Of a DNA stretch of 64,000 nucleotides, positions 39,725 to 56,433 are shown piece by piece. Location of the stretch: NCBI GenBank assembly GCA_046563655.1, contig CM102290.1:806001-870000 (forward strand), given 5' to 3'. Made by a program: the position numbers and the translations under genes. The notes beneath the pieces are model-generated. The model saw nothing but the letters and a program-made list of their open reading frames with translations. It was not told where the DNA came from and ran no database searches. Within the stretch, counting starts at the first letter, position 1, and every line of letters begins with the position of its first letter. This stretch comes from Yuukianura sp. NJ FZ-2021 (lineage: Eukaryota).

Positions 39725-40860
39725 CTAGTCGTCACTGAAGGCTTCGATGACCTCGGTTTCAATCAGTTCTCCTGGAATAGATTCCTCATCATCGTCTTTC
39801 TTTGGATAGGGGATTTGAAGTTCTGGAACTCCTTCCAAATGCTCCATTTCATCGATCATAAGACACATGCTCTCTACACATACAAAACAATACGATAATT
39901 TTAGTATATGCTTGTATAATTAGTATTACTATGCTCATTCGGCAAGAAAAGTTCCGCCTACCTGGATACACAATATTTTTACTCGCAACACTGGTTATAA
40001 CAATTTGGGGCTGAGAAGTTGTCGTGCTAAGCAGAACTTGCTTTCGTTTTAAAATAGGCGGAGTGTTAGCGTCAACTGAGGGAGGATCGTAGCGCAAGTG
40101 CACTACTGGCAAACTATCAGGATTTTGTAATTCAGATATTAAAAGCGTGTTTCCCAAACCAATTGCTCCTCCGTTAACTAGATGTTGCATCTGGTCCAGT
40201 CGCCGCTTCAAGTATTTCTGCTCACGTATCAACTCTAGCTTAAATTTTTGATATTTCTTATCCTTCGCTTCCAAATTCTAAATAAAATACAATTAAATTG
40301 CTTATGTAAAAATGAACCGATTCAGAAACGAATTCCCGATTTCCTTACGCGTATATAAACCCTAGCTTGGTGAAGTAAGGCTAACGTTGTCTGTTTCTGA
40401 ACGTCGTGGTTACACGGAACCACAGATCGCAACCTCTCATAGTCATGCTTCAGCAAATTTCGACGTGATTTTTCGGTCTCGTTATGCAGTTTTTTTCCAG
40501 GCCTAAATAATGCCATATAAATTAGCTTTAGCTTTAGTACATACCGGGATAAAATAGAGTAAACGATAATTTGTGCAAACAAACAAAAAAAAACGCAATA
40601 ACTGAATGGCTATCTAAGGTAAGTGCTTTCATGTTTCTCGTTACGCTGAACACTGAAGTACAAACTTACTCATCACGCCTAACAATTTTTCCTTTGGATG
40701 GCGAAAGTTTCGACGGAACGACCGGCGGTGTATCTGGAAATACGGATTGCCGATTTAGTCAATTCAAATAAATCTAGAGGTTCATATGTACTGATTTATT
40801 AGTCAGCTTACCAGTTTCCAGTTCTTTCAGCTGGATTCCCATGTTGGTTTTTCTCCTCAT
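39725..40860 (-). CDS. Divergent Mad/Mxd (Max dimerization protein/MXI1-like) bHLH-ZIP; 5 exons
   Basis: KLHNETEKSRRNLLKHDYERLRSVVP...TTLALLHQARVYIR|NLEAKDKK...LIREQKYLKRRLDQM matches the MXD pattern HNE.EK.RR / TTL.LL / REQ..LKR.L; acidic C-terminus, TAG at 39725-39727. The start is ATG 40860 or 40842. Confidence 0.8.
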
Positions 40861-41578
40861 TTTGCAAAATGACACCAGAAATGTGGAGGTAAAACGAGTA
40901 CCAACTTAACAGAATTTTGTTAGCAATTAATACAGGCAACACTAAGGTTTTGTAGACACGCTTGGGTAAATTTCATTCAACGTCAATCCTATATCATGTG
41001 TTGTGTACGCAGTATGCAATGACGTACGTAAGTTTCCAGTAGCATGGTACCTTGCCACCATATTTTGTGAACTGATTTAGTAGATTCCGATTCTGTAAAC
41101 ACAAATTCCAGTCTCATATTAATCCAATAAAATTACAAGTTTCACAAACTACAACTGCTTGTGCTTACCCTTGAAATAGAGACTTCATTGTTTGGCGTGA
41201 TGTTAAGCGAATTTACAGGTAATCCATTTGGTTGGTGATTAGCTAATTAGTAACTTTCCCCAATTTAGTTAAGTAAACTTTACTATCACTTACACTTTCA
41301 CCGTATTATTTTGAGTTCCCGTGATACCATATAGCCGAAGCAATACAAAATCACGTATGGGCATCAAAAATATTTTCGAAAATAACTTTGTGGGAGCCTA
41401 GGTTATCTTCAACAACCAACAAAAACAACATCAACAAACGTTAACTCCACGTTATCTAAACTGTCAATAAGTTAAACCTTGGACTTCCTGTACGACAGTG
41501 CTGATTCTCAAATCGTTAATATTTAGACCTTTTGGACGCAGAGTTTTGTTACTGCTTGACCGGTCAGCACTTAGGAAG

Positions 41579-42583
41579 ATGTCAAAACGGAAAGGTGTAA
41601 GTGCCGAAGAAAAACGAAATCGGATGCTGGAGTTGTTCTATGAGAAGAAAGACGTCTTCAACTACAAGGCAAGGAATTTTGGTTTACAATTACAACAGTT
41701 AGGAACGCGGAAACAATTTACCACTACCTTAGGAATTGAAACATTTATTATGTTTAATTTATACAGGAAATTGAGAAGGCTGCCATTAGTGAAAAGGGCA
41801 TCACTGTACAATCCGTAAAAGAAGTGCTGAATGGTTTGATTGGGGATTCCTACGTTGATACATCTAAAATCGGCACGTCTGTCTACTACTGGGCTTTCCC
41901 GAGGTAAGTTATTTGTGGGGTTTAGCGAATATTAGGTAACTTGCAATTTCAAGTACTGATCAATGGTAATTTTAATATGGAATTAGTGAGGCTTTGCACG
42001 GCCGTAATAAGAAACTTCAAGACCTGGCGATCAGCGAAGCAGAAGATGGAAAATTTCTTCATCGAATTCACGAGTCTCTAGCTGAGGCAAAGGTAAGACT
42101 ATCGCAATTCGCAAACTACGTATACAAAATGTTAAGTTTGTCGACTGTATTAACTGAAATGTTTTGAACTTTTGTTTTCAGAAAAACAGAGAAGATACGG
42201 CAGAACGCAAAGCTCTGCTTTCAGAATTCGAAGTTCTAACGAAAGAAAATCGCGATCTTACCAAAGAGCTCGAGGCGTATAAAGATTCTGATCCAGACGT
42301 TATCGCAGCAGAAAAAGCGGAAATTGAGGTTCGATTATCATTACGACTACTCTCCTTCATTGAAGCTAACATAAGCCTTATGTTCTTTCGCTAATAATAG
42401 TAAGATGATAAATTCTCTCCGTCTTTAAAGGAAGCAGTTACTGGAGTCAATCGGTGGACCGACAACGTTGACAACCTCAGAGCATGGGTCAAGAACAAAT
42501 TCTCAATGTCCGATTCTGATTTTGCTACTCAAACTGGGATTCCGGAGTGGGAATACTTGGACGTACAAATAAGCCAACAGTAA
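41579..42583 (+). CDS. MND1: Meiotic nuclear division protein 1; 5 exons
   Basis: MSKRKGVSAEEKRNRMLELFYEKKDVFNYK|EIEKAA...[30 protein letters not shown]|...YKDSDP...|EAVTGVNRWTDNV...; TAA at 42581-42583. Confidence 0.95.
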
Positions 42584-42855
42584 CTCTATTCGTTTGTAGT
42601 CAATATCTTAAACGTCCATTGTTTTATCGCTCTTTCGCACAAGGCGTTCCTCTACTATCCCTATAAGACTGATAGCTTTTTGTCAACGCGTATGTGATGT
42701 GTAACAAGCAATAGGATCTCTTTATTCGAATTAATTACAACACTATTTATAAGAGGAAGACTTGTAAAAACGCTTGGTTTGATGCCTTGATTGTCTTCGT
42801 GATTGATTGCGAAATTTAAGTACATTATATGAATGTCTATACATATTTAAAATTA

Positions 42856-46543
<3,688 letters not shown>

Positions 46544-47945
46544 TGGCAGTATTCAGTACTAGCTACTTAACTATGTCACTGTCACAGTTCACGTTTTGTT
46601 CCTGTAGGACTTCTGATGACTTCCAGTTCCGTCATTTAGTCAATAATTCTAGTTTAGAAAATCCAATTGTCCAGACCTTTCCTGCACAATAAAATCAACA
46701 AAAACAAAAGGTATTAAGGAACTACAATTAATGGTATTGCTTTATGACTATCAAACTAGGTTATCTTTTAAAGTTTCACCTCCCGCCGTGCCTGCTTTGT
46801 TGAGCTTCTTTCAAATTCCACTTCAGTCCAAGAAGTGTGTTAATTGTTTTAGAAAGGCGTTCCAGTTCCACCACTTCCGCATTAATTCCAGAACAATTGA
46901 CTCCTTTGTTTCCTGATAGTAGAGCTCCAATTCCTGTAATTAAACCAAATCCAAATGTAATTGCCCAATTTCAATGTAAGTATTTACTTACCGTAGGATA
47001 CCTTCTGCGGTAAATAAAGATGGTTGGTAAAAGATCTTCTTCGGAGGAATCGGATTCTCCTTTATCTGTAATAGTATGTTGATAGCCGTGCTTTCGTCTT
47101 CATCTGTTTGTCTATGACTTGTACAAGTAATACTGAAAAATGTGATACTTAATTGATTTAATTGAATTAATTGTGACAGGAGAGGGTGAACCTATGGATG
47201 GAGGAGTGGTGGTACTGTAAAGTACTAGAGAGCAACTTGTACAGAAGAAGATCCCTTCCCATCTTCTAAAATTCTGAGAAGAGAGAAGATGAATGCAGAA
47301 AACAGACAGTCGAGAATTTCGTGGAGATTCCCTTAGGCCAAATTCCTTTGTTTTGATGCGCAGCCTCCGCCCCCTTCTCAACAACAATCGACAAATGGGA
47401 AGGAAAACAACAATAGAAAATTGTACTAGCATCACAGCATCCCTCTACTTCAAATCTGCACCAGTCCAATCCTCCCATCATCCCATGAATAATACCAATT
47501 TCCAATTGAATTGACTCACGCAATCGGAATCTGGATTCCGGAACTACTACAAATGCATGTTACTCGCAATCACCGCAATAACCCCGTCTATAAATGTGCA
47601 AACGGGTTTAAGACATGCGGTAGATCGAGTACCAAGATGCAATGGTGCATTTCTAGATCAAATAAAAGAAAGCAAATGTACAGTATTATCAGTAAATAAC
47701 ATTCTTATATTTTTGTACATTTTGTTGGTTTTACAATAGTAACACTGAATGGTTGAGATCCTGTCATCGTCATCCCTGAATAAGTGACATGAATTAATGC
47801 TGCAACCGGTGAGATTTGAAGTAAATGCAGAGACAGACCATAATAGTTATTTTTTCATTTAGAAATGGAAGCTGGGATGTTGGATCCAACTTGGATCCGT
47901 CATGAGTAAGGCAGTAAAAACGAGGTTGAGGAAGATATGGCAGTG

Positions 47946-49264
47946 CTAAAGGCTTAGTTTTAACTTCTTGACCTGCTTCATGTCTCTTGCATATTCGTAG
48001 GCAAAATCCGATGCCCACTGTCGACAGAGGTACCATGTCAGCATCAGACTTAGGATCAGTCGATCTAAGCTAAACAAACCAAAAATACAAAAATTTAAGA
48101 CGCTTTGTTTAAACGTGGAGAAGAATTTGTAGTTCTACCTCATGTGAGGATATGTGACGAAGACGACAATAAAAGGAACCAAGCCCATGTGTCGCTGTTG
48201 CTGAAGCATCATCTGGAATTCCGGGGACTTAACTGTTCTAGTCGGACTCTCTATAACTACCTAAAACATACATGGACGTATTACACATAAGAAACAGGTT
48301 ACGTTTTTTTGAGAGCTTTGACTTTTGAGAATACTAATAGGAAATTGCATCAGCTGTGGAAGTACCTGATTCAGACCAATCATTTCTGGCAGATCTAGCA
48401 TAAGAACTGTTCCGTACATTGAAGCCCAAGCAGCAACATGGACCCACTGTAAAACAGGGATGGAAATTTCTAAATCCCATACTTTCACTGGAATTGGCTC
48501 CCAAAATCTTATAAGCAGCTGGAAGGTCAAATTAAAGATAACATTAACATGAAATTCCAAGTTTTCGTTCCTCCCTAAAGTGTTTCATAAATACAAAAAT
48601 AAAGTCAAAAGCGAAGGATTAACATTACCGTCAGTGCAAATGCTGTTGTCAGCATGTAAAGTGGCTTGTCAATTTTGTATTCGTGATGAAGCATATACCA
48701 GACACGGGTATTTTTTAAGACCCTAGAGGACAACAGTGTGTGTTGAAGAATAAATCCAATGAGAAGACAAAGGTCGACGCCCAATTTCTTAAAGTTGGAA
48801 TTGAACCAGTCTTCAGAGTATACCACTTCTACTAACCAACCTGCCAAAAATAATGTCATCCTGTAAAATGCATATCTTTATGTGAATATCAATACTATTT
48901 TAAAATACCACACAAACACGAGGTAATTATTTTTCTTACTCAACATGGATGTCTTAGCGTACTCTGCTTGGAATTCCGTTGATGACGTTGTTGTTGTATC
49001 TGCCAACCAGAAGCCCAATTTGACCATTGCAAGAAAGGATGTACTATAGGAAAGCATAATTAAAGAGAACATGGCCAGGGTGTTGAATGTTCGATAATGG
49101 GAAATGCTCCCCGCGTCAACTTCATCTTCCAATTCGTCTGCCAATTCATCGCCGAATTCTTCGCCAAACTTATCTCGTTCGTCTACTATGTCTTGGGGAT
49201 GGTCAAATTTATCCTCAGGTTCTACTTCAAAGTTATCGATTTTTTCCTCAACAGTTGTTGGCAT
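47946..49264 (-). CDS. NRM: Nurim-like multi-pass nuclear envelope protein with an acidic N-terminal extension; 5 exons
   Basis: DLCLLIGFILQHTLL, LYMLTTAFALT|LLIRFWEPIP..VWD, LDLPEMIGLNQV, QRHMG, MSLDRLILSLMLTWYL; TAG at 47946-47948. Confidence 0.8.
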
Positions 49265-49637
49265 TATGGAAGCTGTAAATTCGAAAAAAATCGGATGATC
49301 AAAAGAATTCAGTATAAAAGTAAAAAAAAAGACAAAGTTTTTCTTACCCTTTCTTTGGTTTAGTTTTAGTTGACTTGGCCTGACGGGATGTAATTCAAGA
49401 AACACTCATTTGGAGCGAAACGACGTAATCAATTAGAAAGTACAAAGTAATCGAATAGTTAATTAAAAATTAAATAACTATGAAGTAGCAACGTTAGCTT
49501 ACAAACCCCTCACCTCAATTCATTTCATGTCTCTCATTCTCATTCCCTAAAAAAAATTGGAGTGTTTACCTTTTTTTTTTCAAACGGTTAAAGTAAACGT
49601 GAATTCCCCGTCTGTCCTCACCCGTTTAAATTTCCGC

Positions 49638-49883
49638 GCTGCGACAGTTGTACCCACGCATTGTATCCCACAGAGGTCAGAGGTGGGTAGAAATTTACCC
49701 ATCACTCACAATTTGAAGGAATGCGGGAGAGATATGACAGGATTTAGTGAATCGAATAGTAAAGATTGCCAGCTTGAATCAGAAGTTACTCTATTGCCCC
49801 TAGGTGGATGTATTGCTGTTGATTGTGGTGGGTACATTTGTACCCACTTGGTGGATACAATGGGTGGGTACAATGGTAGCAGC
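49638..49883. mobile_element. MITE of about 246 bp with long imperfect TIRs
   Basis: Left end gctgcgacagttgtacccacgcattgtatcccac...gtgggtagaaatttacccatcac matches the reverse complement of the right end, gctgctaccattgtacccacccattgtatccac..gtgggtacaaatgtacccaccac. Confidence 0.75.
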
Positions 49884-50691
49884 CGAATTTGTAAATTTAA
49901 AAGGGTGGGCAAGCCGGGGAACTCGAGGTTACTCCAACCTTTCAAACGGTTGCTGCCTAAAGCGCATAACTAATGTCTGCGAAGTTCGCAGACATAGTTC
50001 GCAGGGCGAACTATAAAGCTCACGTTTATAAATACAATAAATTCTTATATGTTTATTTCATCCGTTTATTTCACGTTTTTGTGAAAACGTGGTGTAATCG
50101 CGGTATTGTACATGTACTCCTCACAAGTGTGATTCCTATCAAACCTAACGTTGTTTTCTAAGGAGCGGTCGGTCCCACCAACAGCACTGCCGTTTATAAC
50201 ACGTTGCAAATTCATGCTCGTCGCAAAACTCGGTTTTCTTGGTTTCTTTTTTTTTTCATGTACGGTGTTTAGCATCTACTATCTATACCGAGTTTTGCGG
50301 TGTGGGCAGCAACTGTAAAAAATTTCGCTTCGTATTACCGGAAGTGTGTTACTGCACAACAACTCCTACAAAACGCACATGGGCATTTATATTGAAACGA
50401 CTATGGCATTCCTTCCTGACGAGACCAGACCTATTGTCTCCAACTTGCGCGTAAATCACAACCAACATGGATTACGTCGTCAAAAGTTAGTAATGAAAAT
50501 TAGCAAATAAAGTACCCCTCTAAGGTTTTACCTAACACTACTCACTCACTCACGCTCCTTTCTTTCTATTTGAAGATCTGCGATTCCTGCAACATCCAAG
50601 ATGCTTTAGTGATAAAAATATGTAATTGTAATGATAGATTATTTTGGAGAAAAAACATTTGATTTATTTGAAGTCATTTCGATTAACTCCG

Positions 50692-53600
50692 CTACGAGAT
50701 GAGTAGATTGACGTCCAGCCTTGTACGTTCACCAAACCTCATAGAGTCGCATTGGATTGCCCTATAAAAACCAAGTATGAATGAAATATTATAGTGCCTT
50801 TTAACATTAGTTTTACAGAGGTTTGTTTACCTATTGGCCGGCGATAAGGCTCTGAAAACGTCGTATGGTACTGTCCGAATGTCGTCACTGTTGTCACAAA
50901 TGATGTCGCTGAGCTTTCTCCTCCGGATATGCTCCACTTGGGAGGCCGTGAAAGCTCCTGCCGTATTCGAGTGCGTAAAGAAAAAACGGTCACCAAATTT
51001 CGTGCGATAGAATTGAATTCGCTGTTAGACAAAATGAATTAGAAATATTGTAATTTTAAATTGTTCTAGTCGGTCACCATAATACTGCTTCGAGAAATAT
51101 TATGTTTTACGTACCATGATACAGTTGAACGTTTCACCAGTTTGGGCCCCTACACAAGTAAAACACAAATCAGTTAACCTTCGATTGTCTTAAATTTATA
51201 CCTAGTATAAATTGTTCAGTTAAAAACGTCTGTTACCCGGAATTCGAGTTTCTACCAGCCCACCGGTAAAAAGGTCAATGTCTTCCGGGCTCCTGTACAC
51301 TGTTCTCAGTTCTTGCCAACGCTGACTGCTAAATCCATAAATCTCTGGGTTATTGATGTTGAAGGTTCTGGGCAGAGGTCGCAGGCCACAGTATTTCCGG
51401 TATTCGTTGTAGCACGGAAGTCCATGATCTCTGCCACGCTGTTAAAATTGGTCAGAGAGGATAATTTGAAAGTGGTTCGACATGTGATCTACAGAAGAAT
51501 GGAACGTGTAGTAGTTACCATCAGATTCCTAGCAATGAGATCTTGTCCAAAATCTTCGTTATCTCTACGGAATAAGAAGTTGGTCACATCTCCTGTCACA
51601 TAGTTGTCGCACGTTTGAGGTGGCTACAAACAAAAGTATCAAACGTTTAAAAAGTTTCTGTTAACCTAACCATTGAACAATACCTGCACAGTGAGTCCTT
51701 CCAAAATTCTATTGTATCCTGAACCATCCATGTTAGGCCCGAAAATCTGGAAGCATGAAAGTTTAAAATTGTCTTGCTCAAACGAAACTGCTGCGAGACT
51801 TGGCAAACCGGTTCGCCGGCCGGGTTTTACAGCTTCTAGGTTGGTTCAAAGGATAGTTTGCTTACTTGGTCAGATTTTAAGAAATTGTCTCGGAGGTTGT
51901 AAGATGAAACTCTTCTTAAATCCTTCATGAGGAGGTTGGGGCCAGTGATCATTGAGTGACCGAATCGATAAGCCGCCGTAGCAAACGCATTGAGCTGTGC
52001 TGGAACCACGGTGGGGTTGTACGTGGAAAAGTATCTCCCGGGTTGATTACCAAGTTCCAAATTGTAGTCTCTCATGACTCTATCACCTGTTTGAATATGA
52101 ATTACAACGTCAATAGATTAAAAAACTGAAGAGTCGGGTATTCACAAACGCTGACATTTACCTAGAATCACCGGTAAATATTCTCCATAAACTATGTTTT
52201 GCATTTCGGCACCCAAAATCCTTCTGCAAGAACAACAACAGGACAATGACGTTATGTGTTATACATATTGTTCACAACCATGCTCTATCATTACCATTAA
52301 AAATGACAACCGAATTACGAAATATGTGCGTCATCATAAAGGTTTTCTAATTCAATTGTTATTTCCACATACCGTGCCTTCTGGTAGATTATTTCGTCAT
52401 TCCAGTATGGAACCAACTGTTTAATTTGTGTTGCTATTCGATTGTGCTCCCTGGCGAAAACTGAAAAATTTAAAAATGTAATTAAAAAACTAAACTCTAA
52501 AACTTTAAATTTAGTCCAGTAAAATTTATCTGCAGTCAATTATTTAAAAACATTTACGTGTATGCAGTACGGTCAAACTTGGCATTTCGTTGGCCCGGGC
52601 ATCCCCAGCCAAAAATGTTCCGCTGAAATCGATGTTTTCATTGGTTGCAGCCCTGACTTCATCTACAGTTGGGAGGAGCATGCCCGCTGGAATTCTCGGT
52701 GTTCCCAGTTTCATGCGCAGCTTGCCTGAAATTGGAATTTCCAGCAATTTCAGAAATTTTTAAACACTTTAGAAAATCTTTTGAAAATTTGAAAAACGCT
52801 TCAGAAACTAACCGTCCACAAAACTACGGAGTTGTCTGGCTCTGTCCACGTCTGACCCATATACGTTGGAAGCATCGATAAATCCGGTAAGCGTGTTCAT
52901 TTGTTGTCGTTCAATGGGATAATTGGGTTGAAAGTCTAAGGCGTTAAATTTAGTTACAGGAAAATTTCAAATAAAGTGAAAGTTGAAATAAATTGAATTA
53001 CTAAATAAAAAAAAGTTACTTGGAAAACAATATGGAGAAGATCTGACAAATGACATGCACGTTTGTCTTCTCCTGGAGTAAAACGGATCATTGGATGGAA
53101 TTGAAATTGGCCAACAATCCAGTGCTCCTTGCTCCGTTGTGCAGCACTGTTTATCTTTAGAACAGTATTTTTAGAGAACTTTGCAACAACTTTGTTTCGG
53201 ATTGCTAATACTTACTTGCGGTCGGTGTAAATGTGATATCGTGGTCCACAAATTGACCTAAACAGGTACAAATTTTGTAATATTAGGTACAATTTACATC
53301 ATGAAAAGTCAATTATTACCAAACTGTGGAACCATGCTCGTCAGATCTAAATCTTCAACGGAAACGTCGGGATGTACGACAGTACTAATGAGTCTAGGAC
53401 TTGGTAATGCTGATACTGTTCCGCCATGAGGTTCATTGAAATCTATATGATAAAAGTTTAAAAATGCATGACTAAGTGACAATATTTGCCTGGTTTGGTG
53501 AAATTGAATCCATACTTTAACAATTTCCTTAAATTTTAAATAGAACTCACAGTCATTGTAGCCCGAAGGAATGAGTCGATCGAAAGGTGTGAATGCTGCT

Positions 53601-54550
53601 CCCCAAAATGGGTTGTCTAAATTGTTGCAAGTTCCATCGATAGTTCTGTACGGCGTCCACCCATCACAATTCGGCCTTGGTTTTTTACAAGTATTTGGGA
53701 GTCGTTGCGACAGATAACTCAAAATGGTGTCTTGCCTTATTCCCTGGCTGTTCAAAAAATTGCGGACAGTTAATGTTTTAATGTTCAACGAATTGGAACG
53801 TAGAGCAATTTATGTAAGTAGGTAAGTTTTGAATGTCACTTACTTTCTCAAAATTTCAAAGGCTCTCAAGTTTACGCTACTCTCGACTCCAATGTCTTCG
53901 GTGACAGGAGAGTATCTGCTGGAATACCTAGAGCTACCTGTCTTTGGAGGTCCACTGCTTACGCCAAGCTGTTCCTTTGCAAGCTGTAAGGAACAGAGAT
54001 TAAGCCTCCTAAAAACTACCCAGTATTTCCCAGGCTCGAAATAATTTTTATGCGCGAAGAACCGAAAACTGATTCACGACAATTAAATTGTTGTTTGGTT
54101 TTACCCGAACTCCGTCTTGAAGTCTTGCTTGTTCGCTCCCACTTGGTGACCCACCACCATTGTAGGATGGAGGAGGAACCCAATAATTTGTTGGCTGCGA
54201 TTCCACAGCTCCTCCGAATGTAGCCCATGACGCCAATGCAAGCATCACTCCAAGTACTATTTTACAATTCAGATTGCCCCTGGAGAAAGTAAATCACTTC
54301 AATTACAATTTTTGCGCCAAATTTTTTGGCGTCCGGTAACATGCGTAATGGAAAGTGTCCAATAGCTAAACTATTGCTTTAAAAAAAACGCCCAAAAAAA
54401 AAAAACTTGGTGATTGCTTGGAGTAGCTAATTTGTTTTACTGGATTTTTAAATGTTTTGGTATCAAAATCAAACTTATTTTTCGAAAAATACATGAAATA
54501 TTTCTGAAATTTTCGCTTTTTTTTACTAGTTCAAAGTTTGCTTACTTCAT
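50692..54550 (-). CDS. Secreted animal haem peroxidase (chorion peroxidase/peroxinectin-like), multi-exon
   Basis: Signal peptide [39 protein letters not shown]; distal [25 protein letters not shown]; proximal [25 protein letters not shown] at 50692-50694. Confidence 0.93.
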
Positions 54551-56153
54551 TTTTAGAAGCACTCCTTAAGGGCTGCTACAAATTTTCTTTTACCAATCCG
54601 AACCAAAATATGGCTTGCTTTTTAATCAAATTGTAGATGACTTTTGGTACCAAAACTAGCAGAAAGATTATTCGATTAAAAATGGAGCAAATTTTTGGTA
54701 ACCCGAATTTTGGATTGGGTTTCCAGCCAGTGCAGGGTAGTATGCAATTTCGCACAGCGTTTTTAAATCAATTTCGATTTCAAAATTTAAAATTTTAATT
54801 CCAAATTAGTAATTATTATCCAAGTGGAATGACGACATTGAACAGTTGCTTTACGCTTTCTAGCACAAACAGAATGCTGTGGAATTCTTAGAAAGGGCAG
54901 GGAAGGTTGATTTTAAAAAATAAAAAGTACATGATTTGATGATACCGGATGCTATTTTAATATTTTTTACTGAAAATATTTGAATCAAAATCCTATCACA
55001 AAAACCCTATCAGTACGAAATTATTGCTCAACTTGAACGTAAATTAACGCAACACTAAAATGTTACGTAAAAAATGGAAATTAAATGCTTGCCTTTGAGC
55101 TTGTTTTTGTAACTTACGCCAAGTCGTCACTGAATTAAAGTATTACATAGTTAAAATATATGACAAGTAGTAAAACGTCCGTTTTCAATACAAAGTTAGG
55201 GCTTTTAATCAATTAATGGCTAAATTGATTTCCACGTTTAAATTCTGATTCCAAGGTACAAATTAATAAGGAGCTAAAAGAAACGGAAGTATGCTGGAGA
55301 ATAAATTTTCCAGAGATGCTTAAACACTTTTGAGCTGGAAAGTGTAATTGTGTAGTTTCAATTAATTAATTTCATTAATTCAAAGTACATGGGGATACAA
55401 AATTTAAATCTTCAGTTTTTTCCAAATCATAAAATGAGGAAACTCGCCCTGTAGGAAAATATATGTACTTAAACTTTTGGATATCGATGACTCTAAAAAA
55501 AAGTGAACTGACTTATTACGAGCATGAGCTATTCTGCCGTAATAATGGTATTTCGGAGACACATAAACACGTTCATTTTTTTAACAAAACCAGCAAAAGT
55601 TGATCTTCCAGTGACCTAATTAATACTAGACAAATATAGTATTTTTGTTCCCAGACATATTTGTGCAAACCATTATAACAAAAATAGACTTTACAGTCCT
55701 ATTAATAGAAATGACTATCAACTTAAGGCACAGTAGACTTATAGTGTTGTTCTTGTTCCCAAAATTGTAATTTTAAGAAAATATTCCATTTTTGTGCAAA
55801 CCCCTAAATTACAAATAGTCAATTGCCTCCGACATAATAAAACAAAAACTCTTAAGCATCAGCTTCCATTTTAAATGGATGGTAATGTAAAGCAACTGGA
55901 ACGGAAATGGCACACAACGCTTGAAAATAACACAGTTTTGCCCCTCTTTAAGTCTTTTAAGTTGACTGTGACAACGTTCAAAACATACCGCCTATCAAGA
56001 AAAGTTCACAGTGAAATGTTTAAGAATATCACGAAAAAATATTTCCCTTTACAATTTTTACAAATATTTTTACAAAATATTTTCTTACAAAACATTGTAA
56101 CAATTATGTATGCCTTCGAAACAGCTTCGTTTGAACGAATTAAATGTAATGAT

Positions 56154-56350
56154 CAGGGTTGCAAAAAATATTTACTAAAAACAAGCGAAATATTTAAATA
56201 AATGCAATATTTACTGAAAAAGCTGGAAATATTTACTAGCTTAACATTACGGGCATGGGGAAATAAATAAATATTTCGTAACAAAAATGCTCGAAATATT
56301 GATTTTGTTAACATTACAGGCATGGGAAGTAAATATTTTTTGCAACCCTG
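56154..56350. mobile_element. hAT-type MITE, 197 bp
   Basis: Perfect 23-bp TIRs CAGGGTTGCAAAAAATATTTACT (56154-56176 / 56328-56350) flanked by the exact 8-bp TSD GTAATGAT (56146-56153, 56351-56358). Confidence 0.93.
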
Positions 56351-56433
56351 GTAATGATAGAAGTGGGCAGTTGCTGCTCCTTTGAAGGACAATTTGGAAT
56401 GGATATGTTAAATTAATTGAGACGGATTCAACT

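Noticed and set aside
50222..50300. Inverted repeat gcaaaactcggt/accgagttttgc
   Set aside because: An isolated 12-bp pair without defined element ends; probably a repeat remnant.
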